Shown here piece after piece: positions 62,788 through 64,000 of a stretch of 64,000 nucleotides of DNA (position 1 is the first letter of the stretch; every line of letters begins with the position of its first letter). The notes under the pieces were generated by a model, which did no database searches, was not told the origin of the DNA, and saw only the letters and a list, made by a program, of their open reading frames with translations. A program made the position numbers and the translations under genes. The DNA comes from Glaucostegus cemiculus (lineage: Eukaryota): assembly GCA_976551045.1 (NCBI GenBank), contig CDPCPM010000425.1, positions 1,116,001 to 1,180,000 of the forward strand, read 5' to 3'.

Positions 62788-62927
62788 AGAGACAGCTGAC
62801 TGAAATTGATATCACTACAGACAGCAGGACTGCTGGCTGAAATTCATATCGCAATAGACAGCAGTACTGCTGTCTGCAGTGATGTCAATTTCAGTCAGCT
62901 GTCTCTTGCGATGTTAATTTCAGTATC
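62788..62927. repeat. Palindromic module repeat (40-bp inverted arms, MITE-like)
   Basis: AGAGACAGCTGACTGAAATTGATATCACTACAGACAGCAG and its near-perfect reverse complement ending at 62906. Confidence 0.85.
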
Positions 62928-63223
62928 TGTTAGCTCAAAGTGTTCCAATACCCTGAGAAAGACAATTAACGTGCCTAGCATACTATTCTTTTTTGAGACA
63001 TCTCCCCGGTCCAGTTTGGGAAGAAGTGTGTCTGTCTTTTCTACCATTTATGAAGATATGTACAACTTTTAACCCTTTACTTCTACAACCGGGAAAAAGA
63101 TTCAAAATGCAACGGATCGTGAATATATTCGGTCCAACTCCCCTCTCGCCGTATCAGAAATTCTTGTTGAGCGTGGGATGGAGAGAAGTTTAAATAGAGG
63201 TTGAATCTGCAAATTATCAATTC

Positions 63224-64000
63224 TTAATGGCGTTTAATTAATTTTGCAGTTGGAGTAAACAGATATGTCACCACAGTACACAACTGCTCCCTGAACTTAG
63301 TCTGTGTCACAGCATAAATTCACTTTTTTTGCAGCAACTCAGAAGCTGCAGCATGAAACCTATTTCGCCAACAAATGGTGGGAGGAAAAAAGGATTAGTT
63401 TGCCAGATTCCACAGTCGGTTCCATATACTATACACCGTAAACACTGACCATAACAGAATAAACTTTCCTGACATAACAAACAACAACATTATGGATTTC
63501 CTCCTGCTCTCCATCTCTCGACCTCTGGGAGTCTCCCCACTATTCTGACGCCGGAGTCTTCTGTGGGCGCTGCTTTCCATTAAAATGTGTCTGACTGTTA
63601 AAGCTTTGAAGAGCAGAATCAAAAGAAAGGGGACACGCGGGGTGAGAACATAATGACGAAACTCGATTGTTGTCCAGGTCATTGAGCTTATAACACGGAG
63701 GGTTATGTAACAAAACCAAGGAGTATTCACCAATCTGTACCAAGGTGTTTACATGAAATACCAGAACACATTCTTTATGTTGCTCAGAGCAGTCACTGTT
63801 CCCAGAACTGTAGCCGCTGTTTTCTCGGTGGAATACAGAAATTTCATCTTTTGGCGACAAATGGCAACGAATCGGTCAAAGGTGAATGCGACGGTGAACC
63901 AGACTGAACAGTCCGTGACGGCGTGCAGCAGGGTGGCGTGGAAGTTACACACGGGGGCGGACCTCACAAACGTAATGGAAAAGAGAATCGGGATCTGTCC
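63224..64000 (-). pseudogene. GPR139-like GPCR pseudogene, exon 2, runs off the window end
   Basis: APVCNFHATLLHAVTDCSVWFTVAFTFDRFVAIC..FWYFM*TPWYRLVNTPWFCY..EMESRRKS..WNLAN*; two nonsense codons and a TM7 frameshift; close paralog of 30240-31130. Confidence 0.92.

Overview
Repeat-rich eukaryotic genomic DNA, very likely a cartilaginous fish (elasmobranch, probably a ray or other batoid), judged from HE1/V-SINE-type SINEs, abundant CR1 LINEs, Penelope-type ends and GPR139/GPR142-like GPCR paralogs. I can support no intact protein-coding gene. The window holds: three GPR139-like 7TM pseudogenes (28.8-31.1 kb +, 39.7-40.3 kb -, 63.2-64 kb -); a decaying tRNA cluster (Asn-GTT, intron-containing Arg-TCT and Leu-CAA, a deleted Thr) plus a separate intron-containing tRNA-Pro-like gene with an odd anticodon; a full-length but disabled Gypsy LTR retrotransposon with CsRn1-clade hallmarks (49,922-54,297, 4-bp TSD, tRNA-Trp PBS, -1 frameshift heptamer plus hairpin); an ERV envelope remnant with its 3' LTR; a nested LTR-in-LTR-in-CR1 insertion; a ~6 kb degenerate ~21-bp satellite carrying two V-SINEs; an old ~1.6 kb inverted duplication; and several heavily decayed exon-like segments that may be Ig-superfamily relics. 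There is a 135-N assembly gap. I found no convincing new biological system. The best leads are the tRNA-Pro with an intron, the ERV env relic and the GPCR/tRNA/Ig-relic birth-and-death cluster. All alignments were done by eye.
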